32,000 nt of DNA, from assembly GCA_965223625.1 (NCBI GenBank), contig OZ245008.1, forward strand, positions 1,039,170 to 1,071,169, in the 5' to 3' direction. Source of the DNA: Nitrospira sp. Its GTDB lineage: Bacteria; Nitrospirota; Nitrospiria; Nitrospirales; Nitrospiraceae. A program made the position numbers and the translations under genes. Positions 1-8,019 of this stretch are shown one piece after another (position 1 is the first letter of the stretch; each line of letters begins with the position of its first letter). The notes under the pieces were generated by a model, which was given only the letters and a program-made list of their open reading frames with translations, was not told the DNA's origin and did no database searches.

Positions 1-88
1 TGGCCAAGGCCGCGAGGAAGATCCAGCTCAGATCGAGCCGGACCTTGTACCCCAGGATATCAAATAAAGCCACCTGTCTGCCGAACAT
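1..88 (-). CDS. N-terminal 29 codons of a probable M50/site-2-protease-like membrane protein; continues past the window edge
   Basis: Reverse-strand ATG at 88-86 opens a frame reading MFGRQVALFDILGYKVRLDLSWIFLAALA up to position 1. The pattern (short head, LF.ilG..vrlD.SW, then a hydrophobic helix) recalls N-termini of M50/CBS-type zinc metalloproteases. It is too short for certainty and absent from the ORF track because it is under 60 aa. Confidence 0.35.
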   Translation of the reverse strand, partial: MFGRQVALFDILGYKVRLDLSWIFLAALA

Positions 89-353
89 CACTGTCTCTCT
101 ATCATCGCGCCATTTGGAAAGCCACAACTATAATTCACAGGCTCAAGCGATCTCGCCGTAACCGATCGTCGATGGTGACCGGAGACGCAGAGCAACACCC
201 CTACTCTACGGATTTCCACGTCTGTAGCACTTTGCGACAGCCTCCTTGATAGGTCTGGGGTGTTTTGCCTGGTTGGCAGGGAGCGGTCTTTCGAAACGGC
301 GTCTCTTTCAGGCGACTTGAGCCACGTCATGCTCGGGCCTGTCTCGGATGAAA

Positions 354-368
354 TGGCATGATGATTGC
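354..368 (+). promoter_or_regulatory. Candidate sigma-54 (RpoN) -24/-12 promoter upstream of the OFOR operon
   Basis: TGGCATGATGATTGC at 354-368 fits TGGCAC-N5-TTGC with exact GG-N10-GC spacing. It lies on the + strand, about 100 nt upstream of the ATG at 471. Confidence 0.4.
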
Positions 369-470
369 GCAGATGTCAGAGAGACTCACGTCTGTAGATT
401 CTTTCGAAGGAACAGAGGTGTACTGCCATACAGGCCAAGAGACAACCGGCTCAAGGATGTACCAATCAGC

Positions 471-1073
471 ATGTTGACGATTCGCATTCATGGTCGAGGT
501 GGGCAAGGGGTGGTCACGGCGGCAGAGCTGCTGTCCACAGCCGCCTTCACGGCTGGCAAGCAGGCGCAGGCTTTCCCCAGTTTCGGTTCGGAACGGATGG
601 GGGCGCCGGTAATGGCCTTTTGCCGCATCGATACACAGACAATCCGAACCCGCGAAGCCGTGACGCACCCCGATGTGCTGATCGTCCAGGATCCGACCCT
701 GCTCCATCAGGTGGAGCTGTTTGCCGGATTGTCAGGGGAGGGTTATGTCATCATCAATTCGACCTTCTCCTTAGACGAATTAGGGATCGGAGAGTTCTTA
801 AAATCGATACCGAGTGCTCATATCTGTGTCCTGCCGGCATCGGATATCGGTGTCAAGCACATGAGGCGTCCTATCGCGAATACCCCATTACTGGGTGCAT
901 TTGCCGCGCTCACCGGAGTGATTGATTTGGCTTCGGTCCAGTCGGCAATGCGTCAGAAGTTTCCTGGATCTCTGGGCGAGGCCAACGCGGCCGCCGCGAA
1001 GGACGGCTACGACTATGTCTTCACCTATCCGGCCGGTGAAAGGAGTGCCCAGCACCATGCGCGCGCAACGTGA
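471..1073 (+). CDS. 2-oxoacid:ferredoxin oxidoreductase, gamma subunit (pyruvate/2-oxoacid type)
   Basis: The internal ATG at 471 of ORF 348-1073 gives MLTIRIHGRGGQGVVTAAELLS..., the canonical G-R-G-G-Q-G N-terminus of OFOR gamma subunits. The protein is ~200 aa with no Cys-cluster (delta) domain. The 41 codons upstream in the track look non-coding (Arg/Cys-rich). Confidence 0.85.
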   Translation: MLTIRIHGRGGQGVVTAAELLSTAAFTAGKQAQAFPSFGSERMGAPVMAFCRIDTQTIRTREAVTHPDVLIVQDPTLLHQVELFAGLSGEGYVIINSTFSLDELGIGEFLKSIPSAHICVLPASDIGVKHMRRPIANTPLLGAFAALTGVIDLASVQSAMRQKFPGSLGEANAAAAKDGYDYVFTYPAGERSAQHHARAT

Positions 1074-2310
1074 AGGATCCCAAGCCGTTGCCGAGGCCGT
1101 GATCTTGTGCCGTCCGGACGTCATCGCGGCCTATCCCATCTCACCGCAGACCCATATCGTCGAGCGACTGTCGCGCATGGTCAAGCGAGGAGACGCCGGC
1201 CGTTGTCAGTACCTGAATGTGGAATCTGAATTCGGAGCGTTGAGCGTCCTGATAGGGGCCTCGGCAGCCGGAGCCCGGACTTATACCGCCACGACGAGCC
1301 AAGGGCTCCTCTTTATGGCCGAGGCCGTGTACAACGCGGCGGGGCTTGGACTGCCGATCGTCATGACGATCGCGAACCGCGCGGTCGGCGCGCCGATCAA
1401 TATCTGGAACGACCATTCCGACAGCATGGCCTTGCGCGATGCAGGATGGATTCAGCTGTACGCGGAAACAGGTCAGGAGGCGGCGGATCTCCACATTCAT
1501 GCGTTCCGATTGGCGGAGGAGCTGAGCTGCCCGGTGATGGTGTGCATGGACGGGTATATCCTGACCCATGCCTATGAACCGATCGATCTCCCTGACCAGT
1601 CTGCGGTCGATGCGTTTTTGCCTCCGTTCTCGCCGGTCCAGGTGCTGGATCCGAGTGATCCGATCTCCATCGGCGCAATGGTTGGACCTGAAGCCTTCAC
1701 CGAGGTGAAGTACCTGGCCCATCGGCAACACCTCCGGGCACTGACGCTGGTGCCGGACATCGCCGACGATTTCGAACGGCAATTTCATCGAGAATCCGGA
1801 GGTCTCTACAGGGCCTATCGCATGGCCGATGCCGACACGGTCCTGATCGCACTCGGATCCGTGATCGGGACGATCAAAGACACAGTGGACCAGTTGCGCG
1901 ATGAAGGGATCGCGGTAGGCTGCCTGAAGATCGGGTGCTACCGGCCGTTTCCGTCGATGCAGCTGCGCGCCGCGCTGGAAGGTAGATCGCGCGTGATCGT
2001 CATCGAAAAAGATCTGGCGGTGGGAATCGGAGGCATCGTGTCGGCTGATGTCCGGATGGCGTTGAACGGGTTGCCGATCCCGGTGCACACCATCATTGCG
2101 GGATTGGGAGGACGTTCGATCTCCGCTGAGTCGCTGAAACACATGGTTCGGGATGCCCTGGCCGAGCGTCTGAGCGAACCCTACTTCCTGGACCTGAACA
2201 CGAGGGTGGTCGACGAAGAACTTGCCAGAAGACACGAACAGCGACGAGCGGGGCCGCTCGCCGAGCAGCTGATTCGTTCAGTAAAAGCCATTGGGACGAA
2301 GGTCGTGTGA
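1057..2310 (+). CDS. 2-oxoacid:ferredoxin oxidoreductase, alpha subunit
   Basis: ATG at 1057 is preceded by GAAAGGAG (1038-1045). MRAQREGSQAVAEAVILCRPDVIAAYPISPQTHIVE matches the OFOR alpha N-terminal signature (aaYPItPqt.i.E). The protein is ~417 aa and overlaps the gamma stop by 17 nt. Confidence 0.85.
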   Translation: MRAQREGSQAVAEAVILCRPDVIAAYPISPQTHIVERLSRMVKRGDAGRCQYLNVESEFGALSVLIGASAAGARTYTATTSQGLLFMAEAVYNAAGLGLPIVMTIANRAVGAPINIWNDHSDSMALRDAGWIQLYAETGQEAADLHIHAFRLAEELSCPVMVCMDGYILTHAYEPIDLPDQSAVDAFLPPFSPVQVLDPSDPISIGAMVGPEAFTEVKYLAHRQHLRALTLVPDIADDFERQFHRESGGLYRAYRMADADTVLIALGSVIGTIKDTVDQLRDEGIAVGCLKIGCYRPFPSMQLRAALEGRSRVIVIEKDLAVGIGGIVSADVRMALNGLPIPVHTIIAGLGGRSISAESLKHMVRDALAERLSEPYFLDLNTRVVDEELARRHEQRRAGPLAEQLIRSVKAIGTKVV

Positions 2311-2321
2311 CGGAGCATCCA

Positions 2322-3323
2322 ATGACGACTCAGCGCATCAAGTTTTATCAGACCGGAACCTCTACGGCGGGCAATCGTCTACTCGACGATGAGGCCCGCA
2401 CCGTGCAATCGCGACTGGATCGCACCAATTCCCTGAACTCCGGTCATCGCGCTTGCCAGGGATGCGGCGAAGCCCTGGGGGCTCGCTATGCCATAGACGC
2501 GGCGATGCGTGCTGCACACGAGCGACTGATCGCGATCAACGCGACCGGCTGTCTTGAAGTCTTTTCCAGTCCTTACCCAGAAAGTGCCTGGCAGATCCCC
2601 TGGATGCACTCGCTGTTCGGCAATGCCCCGGCGGTGGCGAGCGGTGTCGCGGCAGCGTTACGGGCCAAGGGGCACGATGACGTGAAGGTCGTCGCCCAGG
2701 GAGGCGACGGGGCGACGGTCGACATCGGGTTCGGGTGTCTGTCCGGGATGTTCGAACGAAACGACGATGTCCTCTACATCTGTTACGACAACGAAGCTTA
2801 CATGAACACCGGCATTCAACGGTCCGGGGCGACGCTCCCCTTCGCGCGGACGAACACGACGCAGGCGGTGGGTGAGGCCCCTGGCAATCTCCTGGGTACC
2901 GGGAAAAATGTCCCTCGCATCGCCATGGCCCACGGCATTCCCTATGTCGCGACGGCGTCGGTGGCGGATCTCCATGATCTGGAGGCAAAGGTCGCTACAG
3001 CCATGGGAATGAACGGCGCGCGGTATCTCCATATCCATGTGCCCTGTCCGCTCGGGTGGGGATCGGATCCGGCGCACACCATGAAGGTCGCCAGAATGGC
3101 GGTGGAATCCGGCCTGTTCCCATTGTTCGAAGCGCGCGCGGGAAGCGTGGTCGAGAGGACGAAGATCCGGCGGAAGATTCCGGTGGAGCGGTACCTTGAA
3201 CTCCAAACCCGATTCAAACATCTGTTCGAACCGTGCAGAAATGATGAGGCGATTACCGCCATACAAGCCATCGCCGACGAGCATATCGCCATGTACGGAT
3301 TGCTGGAGTCCGGAGTTCTATGA
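2322..3323 (+). CDS. 2-oxoacid:ferredoxin oxidoreductase, beta (TPP-binding) subunit
   Basis: Carries the CQGCGE and ATGC cysteine motifs and the GGDGATVDIGFG ... YDNEAYMNTG thiamine-PP/Mg motif typical of OFOR beta. The start is either GTG 2307 (GTGA overlap with the alpha stop) or ATG 2322 (GGAG 6 nt upstream). ATG 2322 is listed. Confidence 0.85.
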   Translation: MTTQRIKFYQTGTSTAGNRLLDDEARTVQSRLDRTNSLNSGHRACQGCGEALGARYAIDAAMRAAHERLIAINATGCLEVFSSPYPESAWQIPWMHSLFGNAPAVASGVAAALRAKGHDDVKVVAQGGDGATVDIGFGCLSGMFERNDDVLYICYDNEAYMNTGIQRSGATLPFARTNTTQAVGEAPGNLLGTGKNVPRIAMAHGIPYVATASVADLHDLEAKVATAMGMNGARYLHIHVPCPLGWGSDPAHTMKVARMAVESGLFPLFEARAGSVVERTKIRRKIPVERYLELQTRFKHLFEPCRNDEAITAIQAIADEHIAMYGLLESGVL

Positions 3324-4945
3324 ATCACAAACCTTTTGCGATCACGCTCGATCCGAACAGCAGCCTGGCCAACCATACGGGTAACTGGCGCACGATGAGA
3401 CCGGTCTATGTCGATCGGCTGCCGCCCTGTAACCACGCCTGTCCTGCCGGGGAGAACATCCAGGCCTGGCTCTATCTCGCGGAAGAGAAGAACTATGAAG
3501 CTGCTTGGCGACGGATCATGGAAGACAATCCGATGCCGGCCATTCATGGGCGGGTCTGCTATCACCCCTGCGAGACTGCCTGCAATCGTGGTCAGCTGGA
3601 TGAAGCCGTCAGCATCCGCGCCGTGGAGCGGTTTCTTGGCGACCTGGCGATCAAGGAACGGTGGCAAGTCCCCTGCGCCCCTTCAACGGGGAAGAAGGTC
3701 TTGATCGTGGGGGCGGGTCCCAGCGGGCTGTCTGCCGCCTATCACCTGACGAGGATGGGGCACCGGGTCACAATTTACGAAGCATCGGATAAGGTCGGCG
3801 GGATGATGCGCTACGGCATTCCCGCCTACCGGCTCCCTCGTGATGTCGTCGATGCGGAAGTCGGACGGATGGAAGCGATGGGCGTCACGATCCGACTCAA
3901 TACGAAAGTGGAGGATCTTGATGCGGCAATTAAGGAAGGTGGATTTCATGCCACGTTCCTTGCGGTCGGGGCCCATCTCGCCAGGCGCATCGACATCCCT
4001 GGTTGTGATGCCAAACGATTGCTCGATGCCGCGACGTTCCTGCGCAGCATGGAAAGTGCTGCGCCGGTCAAGATCGGGAGGCGGCTGGCGGTGTATGGCG
4101 GAGGCAACACCGCGATCGACGTGGCCCGTACCGCCGAGCGTCTGGGCGTGGAGCCGGTGATCATATACCGGAGGGATGAGGCCCATGCCCCTTCATTCAA
4201 AGAGGAAGTCGCCGAAGCGCGCGAAGAAGGTGTACGGTTCCAGTGGCTGCGCACTATTGCGAAGGGCGCCGACAGGACGTTGACGCTCGAAGTCATGGAG
4301 TTGGACGAGCATGGCAAGCCGAAACCTACCGGCCGATTCGAGACCATTGAGGCCGATACGGTGGTGCTGTCATTGGGCCAAAAGGCTGACACAGGGTTCT
4401 TGCGGAATGTGACGGGAGTTTGTGTGCGGGACGACGGGACAGTCGGGGTCGACGAACAGATGATGACCGGCCACCCGGGCCTGTTTGCCGGCGGAGACAT
4501 GGTTCCCGGCGAGCAATCCGTGAGCATGGCGACCGGTCACGGGAAACTGGCTGCACGGCACATCGACGCGTACTTGCGTGGGATTCAATACGTAAGGCCT
4601 CAAGGCCACCCACTCGCGACGTTCGATCGACTGAACCCCTGGTACTACACCGACGCGGAACAGTCCAAGCAGCCGGTGCTGGCCCTTGCGAGGCGGCGCG
4701 CGAGCTTCGAGGAAATGGTCGGAGCGTTGGATCAGGACACTGCCTTGCTGGAGGCGCGCCGTTGCTTGTCCTGCGGTAATTGTTTCGAATGCGATAACTG
4801 CTATGCCGTCTGTCCGGATAATGCGGTGATCAAACTGGGAGCCGGCAATCGGTTCGAGATCAAGTACGACTACTGCAAGGGATGCGGGCTTTGCGCGGAG
4901 GAATGTCCCTGCGGAGCGATCGATATGGTCAAGGAAGTGAAATAG
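3320..4945 (+). CDS. GltD/NfnB-like NAD(P)H-dependent FAD/Fe-S oxidoreductase fused to a C-terminal PorD-like 2x[4Fe-4S] ferredoxin domain
   Basis: The N-terminus has CNHACP and GRVCYHPCETAC, the glutamate synthase small-subunit type Fe-S motifs. VGAGPSGL is an FAD fold and YGGGNTAID is an NAD(P)H fold. The C-terminus has CLSCGNCFECDNCYAVCP and YDYCKGCGLCAEECPCGAI, a delta-subunit-like ending. Its ATG overlaps the beta stop (ATGA at 3320-3323). Confidence 0.8.
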   Translation: MNHKPFAITLDPNSSLANHTGNWRTMRPVYVDRLPPCNHACPAGENIQAWLYLAEEKNYEAAWRRIMEDNPMPAIHGRVCYHPCETACNRGQLDEAVSIRAVERFLGDLAIKERWQVPCAPSTGKKVLIVGAGPSGLSAAYHLTRMGHRVTIYEASDKVGGMMRYGIPAYRLPRDVVDAEVGRMEAMGVTIRLNTKVEDLDAAIKEGGFHATFLAVGAHLARRIDIPGCDAKRLLDAATFLRSMESAAPVKIGRRLAVYGGGNTAIDVARTAERLGVEPVIIYRRDEAHAPSFKEEVAEAREEGVRFQWLRTIAKGADRTLTLEVMELDEHGKPKPTGRFETIEADTVVLSLGQKADTGFLRNVTGVCVRDDGTVGVDEQMMTGHPGLFAGGDMVPGEQSVSMATGHGKLAARHIDAYLRGIQYVRPQGHPLATFDRLNPWYYTDAEQSKQPVLALARRRASFEEMVGALDQDTALLEARRCLSCGNCFECDNCYAVCPDNAVIKLGAGNRFEIKYDYCKGCGLCAEECPCGAIDMVKEVK

Positions 4946-5016
4946 CGCGGAGGCATCGGTCAGTCTCTTGGCGGATCAATAGGATCGAGCGAAACAGTAA
5001 AGAGGAGAAGTGATCA

Positions 5017-5562
5017 ATGAGCACCAGAAAAGGCAAACCCTACACGACGTCGTACAAGGAAAAGCAGCACCCCAAACAGGACCCCTATGCGATGTTCAAG
5101 GCTCCGAAGGGACCGGCGATGTGCCGAAAATGCAAAGCCATCTATACGAACAAGCGGTGGTACATCGATGCCGGTGAAGCCCGCAAACTGGCAGCAGCCT
5201 CCAGCACCCAGAAACTTCTCTGTCCCGCCTGTCAGAAGATCAAGGACGACTATCCGGAAGGAATCGTGACATTGAAATGGTCGGACCTTCGTGAGCACGA
5301 AGCGGAGATCAGGGGATTGATCGCCAATGTGGAAGCGCGGGCCGTCTCCGTGAATCCCCTTGACCGAGTGATGAAGATCGCCAGACGCAAGAAGGATTTG
5401 GAAGTCCAGACAACCAATGACCGGTTGGCGCAACGGCTCGGACGCGCACTGATGCGGGCCTACAAAGGGAAGGCCGAATACAAGTGGGCGCATCGTGACA
5501 TGATGGTTCGGGTGACGTGGGAGGGACCGGAGGCACGTGCGACGCGAAAGGGCAGGAGATAG
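5017..5562 (+). CDS. Conserved hypothetical basic protein with a putative zinc ribbon (two CxxC pairs)
   Basis: A 181-aa ORF with AGAGGAG upstream. It has C36-x2-C39 and C69-x2-C72 and Lys/Arg-rich termini. I vaguely recall similar proteins annotated as 'BCAM0308 family' but cannot verify this. Confidence 0.6.
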   Translation: MSTRKGKPYTTSYKEKQHPKQDPYAMFKAPKGPAMCRKCKAIYTNKRWYIDAGEARKLAAASSTQKLLCPACQKIKDDYPEGIVTLKWSDLREHEAEIRGLIANVEARAVSVNPLDRVMKIARRKKDLEVQTTNDRLAQRLGRALMRAYKGKAEYKWAHRDMMVRVTWEGPEARATRKGRR

Positions 5563-5642
5563 AGGAGATCGATCCAGGACAGTACCTGCCGAAGCAGACC
5601 GACTTTCTCGGTCATAAGATTCAATCAGACCGGTAACACGGT

Positions 5643-6668
5643 ATGTCCATCATCCGGCAGGATCCAACGACGAGAGAGTGGGTGATTATTGCGGCGGAAC
5701 GGAAAAGACGTCCGCACGAATATCATCGGCATACCCGTGCTCGCTCGCAATCGACTGAGACCGGGCCTTGTCCGTTTTGTCCGGGTCATGAGGCGGCGAC
5801 ACCGGAGGAGGTTTTTCGAGTCTCGGATGCGAGTGGGGTAGGCTGGACCGTGAGGGTGACATCGAACAAATATCCAGCACTTGGCGCAACGGGTTTGCTG
5901 GAACGACGAGAAGCAGGGCCCTTGTTCCGTGAAATGGATGGTGTGGGGACGCATGAGGTGATCATTGAGACACCTTCCCACGAGAGAAGCTTGCCTCTGA
6001 TGACGGACCATGAGGTGGCTGATGTCTTGACCGCGTATCAGGCGCGATATCGGTCGCTGCGAGAAGACTCGCGCCTCAAATACCTCATCATTTTCAAGAA
6101 CCATGGCGAAGCCGCCGGGACGTCGCTGGTGCACCCGCATTCGCAATTGGTCGCGACGCCGGTCCCACCCATGTTGCTCCGCAGGAAATACGAAGTCGCC
6201 GTCGCGCATTACGACGACACGGGCCGGTGCTTATATTGCGATATCGCGGAGGAAGAACGACTGGCAAAGAGCCGGGTTGTCTTGGAAACCGACCGGTACC
6301 TGGTCTTCCATCCCTTCGCCTCGCGAGTGCCGTTCGAGACGTGGATTACACCCAAGCGGCATCAGCCGTCGTTCGCACAGGTGGGCAATGAGGATCTCCA
6401 TGAATTGGCGCCGGTGCTGCGGCGAACGCTGCGGGCCTTATACGACCGTCTGGGTGATCCGGATTTCAACTACATCATCCACAGCGCGCCGGCAGAAGAT
6501 GAAAACAAGGACTACTACCTCTGGCACATCCAAATTCTTCCTCGGCTGACGACCATCGCCGGATTCGAGTTGGGATCCGGCATCTACGTTTCGACCATGC
6601 TACCTGAGCAGTCGGCAGCCGCGATCAGAGAATATGGGCAGGTCGCGGGGGCCGGTCCATCTGGGTGA
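5643..6668 (+). CDS. galT: Galactose-1-phosphate uridylyltransferase-family (GalT/HIT class I) nucleotidyltransferase
   Basis: Has the CPFCPGHE zinc motif and the active-site VHPHSQLVA (H-x-H-x-Q) motif. The 341-aa length is right for GalT-like enzymes. Confidence 0.8.
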   Translation: MSIIRQDPTTREWVIIAAERKRRPHEYHRHTRARSQSTETGPCPFCPGHEAATPEEVFRVSDASGVGWTVRVTSNKYPALGATGLLERREAGPLFREMDGVGTHEVIIETPSHERSLPLMTDHEVADVLTAYQARYRSLREDSRLKYLIIFKNHGEAAGTSLVHPHSQLVATPVPPMLLRRKYEVAVAHYDDTGRCLYCDIAEEERLAKSRVVLETDRYLVFHPFASRVPFETWITPKRHQPSFAQVGNEDLHELAPVLRRTLRALYDRLGDPDFNYIIHSAPAEDENKDYYLWHIQILPRLTTIAGFELGSGIYVSTMLPEQSAAAIREYGQVAGAGPSG

Positions 6669-6682
6669 GGAAAGGAACGACG

Positions 6683-7936
6683 ATGCTTCCTGCAATCTCC
6701 GTGAGTCGCCGATGTGGGGCGATACTGGCGAATGTTCAGCATTACCGGATGTTGATCAGCGACGAACTGAGTGAAGAACTGTCACAGTTGGCGCGCGAGT
6801 TGAGGGATGTGCGGATTTGCCATCTGAACTCGACCGCCTTCGGCGGCGGCGTCGCCGAACTCCTCTCTCGGTATCTGCCGATGCTGCAGGCATTGGGAAT
6901 TTCAGCCGATTGGCGGTTGATCCACGGCCAACCGGAATTCTTTACCGTCACGAAGGCCTTTCACAATGCGCTGCAGGGTGGACATTACGCATTGGGCGAG
7001 ACGGAACAGAAGCTGTATCTCGAGGTAAACGAGCGAAGCGCAGAAGCCTTGGACACCGACTACGACGTCTACATCGTGCACGATCCTCAACCGGCGGCGT
7101 TGCGGCATTTTACCGGTCCCCGTCACGCGAAATGGATCTGGCGTTGTCACATCGATAGTTCTTCACCGGACAAGCAGGTGAGCGGATTCTTGCTGCCGTA
7201 CCTTGAGGAGTATGATGCCGTGGTCTTCACGATGTCCGAGTTCCTCTTGCCCGGTCTCAGAGCTCAACGCGCGGCCTTCATTGCGCCGGCCATCGATCCA
7301 TTGGCGACCAAAAACATGGAACTCTCCCAGGATCTGTGCCGCCGCGCCATTGCGGATTCCGGTGTGGATCCGAGCAAGCCTTTACTTGTGCAAGTGTCGC
7401 GGTTCGATCCTTGGAAAGATCCCTTGGGTGTCATCGAAGCCTACCGTTTGGTCAAGAAAGAAATCCCTGACGTGCAGCTCGCGTTGATCGGCGCGATGGC
7501 GGGAGACGATCCAGAGGGGTGGGAATTACTCGATCGCGTGGAGGAAGAAGCTTCCGGAGATTCGAACATGTTCGTGTTTACGAACCTGGCCGGTGTCGGC
7601 AGTATGGAAGTCAACGTGTTTCAGCGGGGTTGTGACGTCGTCATTCAAAAATCGCTTCGCGAAGGATTCGGGCTTGTGGTGTCGGAAGCGTTCTGGAAGG
7701 AGAAGGCCGTCGTGGCGGGACAGGCTGGAGGAATTCCGATGCAGTATCCTGAAGGATTCGAGGCCAACCTAGTTCACAGCGTCGAAGCCTGCGCAGAACG
7801 TATCGTCCATTTATTGCGTCATCCTGGTGAGCGAGGTTCGTTTGGACGGGCCGGCCGCGAACACGTGCGGAAGAATTTCCTCTTGCCGCGATTGGTTCGC
7901 GATGAGCTTCGATTGATCAAGCAACTTGTCGGTTGA
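6683..7936 (+). CDS. treT: TreT-type trehalose glycosyltransferring synthase (GT4 glycosyltransferase)
   Basis: Long colinear blocks match archaeal TreT as I recall it: NSTAFGGGVAELL, FF.VTKAFHNALQG, HDPQPAAL, WRCHID.SSP, VSRFDPWKD, DDPEGW, REGFGLVVSEA.WK. ATG 6683 has GAGGAAAGGA upstream; the alternative GTG 6665 overlaps the galT stop. Confidence 0.7.
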   Translation: MLPAISVSRRCGAILANVQHYRMLISDELSEELSQLARELRDVRICHLNSTAFGGGVAELLSRYLPMLQALGISADWRLIHGQPEFFTVTKAFHNALQGGHYALGETEQKLYLEVNERSAEALDTDYDVYIVHDPQPAALRHFTGPRHAKWIWRCHIDSSSPDKQVSGFLLPYLEEYDAVVFTMSEFLLPGLRAQRAAFIAPAIDPLATKNMELSQDLCRRAIADSGVDPSKPLLVQVSRFDPWKDPLGVIEAYRLVKKEIPDVQLALIGAMAGDDPEGWELLDRVEEEASGDSNMFVFTNLAGVGSMEVNVFQRGCDVVIQKSLREGFGLVVSEAFWKEKAVVAGQAGGIPMQYPEGFEANLVHSVEACAERIVHLLRHPGERGSFGRAGREHVRKNFLLPRLVRDELRLIKQLVG

Positions 7937-8019
7937 GGTGCAATGACGGTCATACAAGCCGTTGCATCAGGTGTGGGCGACATGGATGATTGAGGAGACG
8001 ATTCAGGGAAGGAGGATCT

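Noticed and set aside
88-707. Minus-strand ORFs 88-330 and 327-707, plus the N-terminal extension of the gamma-subunit ORF from 348.
   Set aside because: Their composition is non-protein-like. They overlap the por promoter region and the por gamma coding start, and the canonical gamma N-terminus begins at ATG 471.
1141-2235. Long antisense ORFs opposite well-supported genes: 1141-2235 (364 aa), 2942-3667, 8491-9306, 9334-10350 (338 aa), 13104-13745, 15608-16243 (211 aa, opposite amoC), 17423-18235, 24310-25212 (300 aa).
   Set aside because: These are typical high-GC shadow frames. They are Arg/Pro/His/Gly-rich with low-complexity composition and no RBS, and each fully overlaps a gene with clear family motifs on the other strand.
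3661-3675. A second sigma-54-like string, TGGCAAGTCCCCTGC.
   Set aside because: It lies inside the GltD-like coding sequence, its -12 element is CTGC rather than TTGC, and no gene start follows it.
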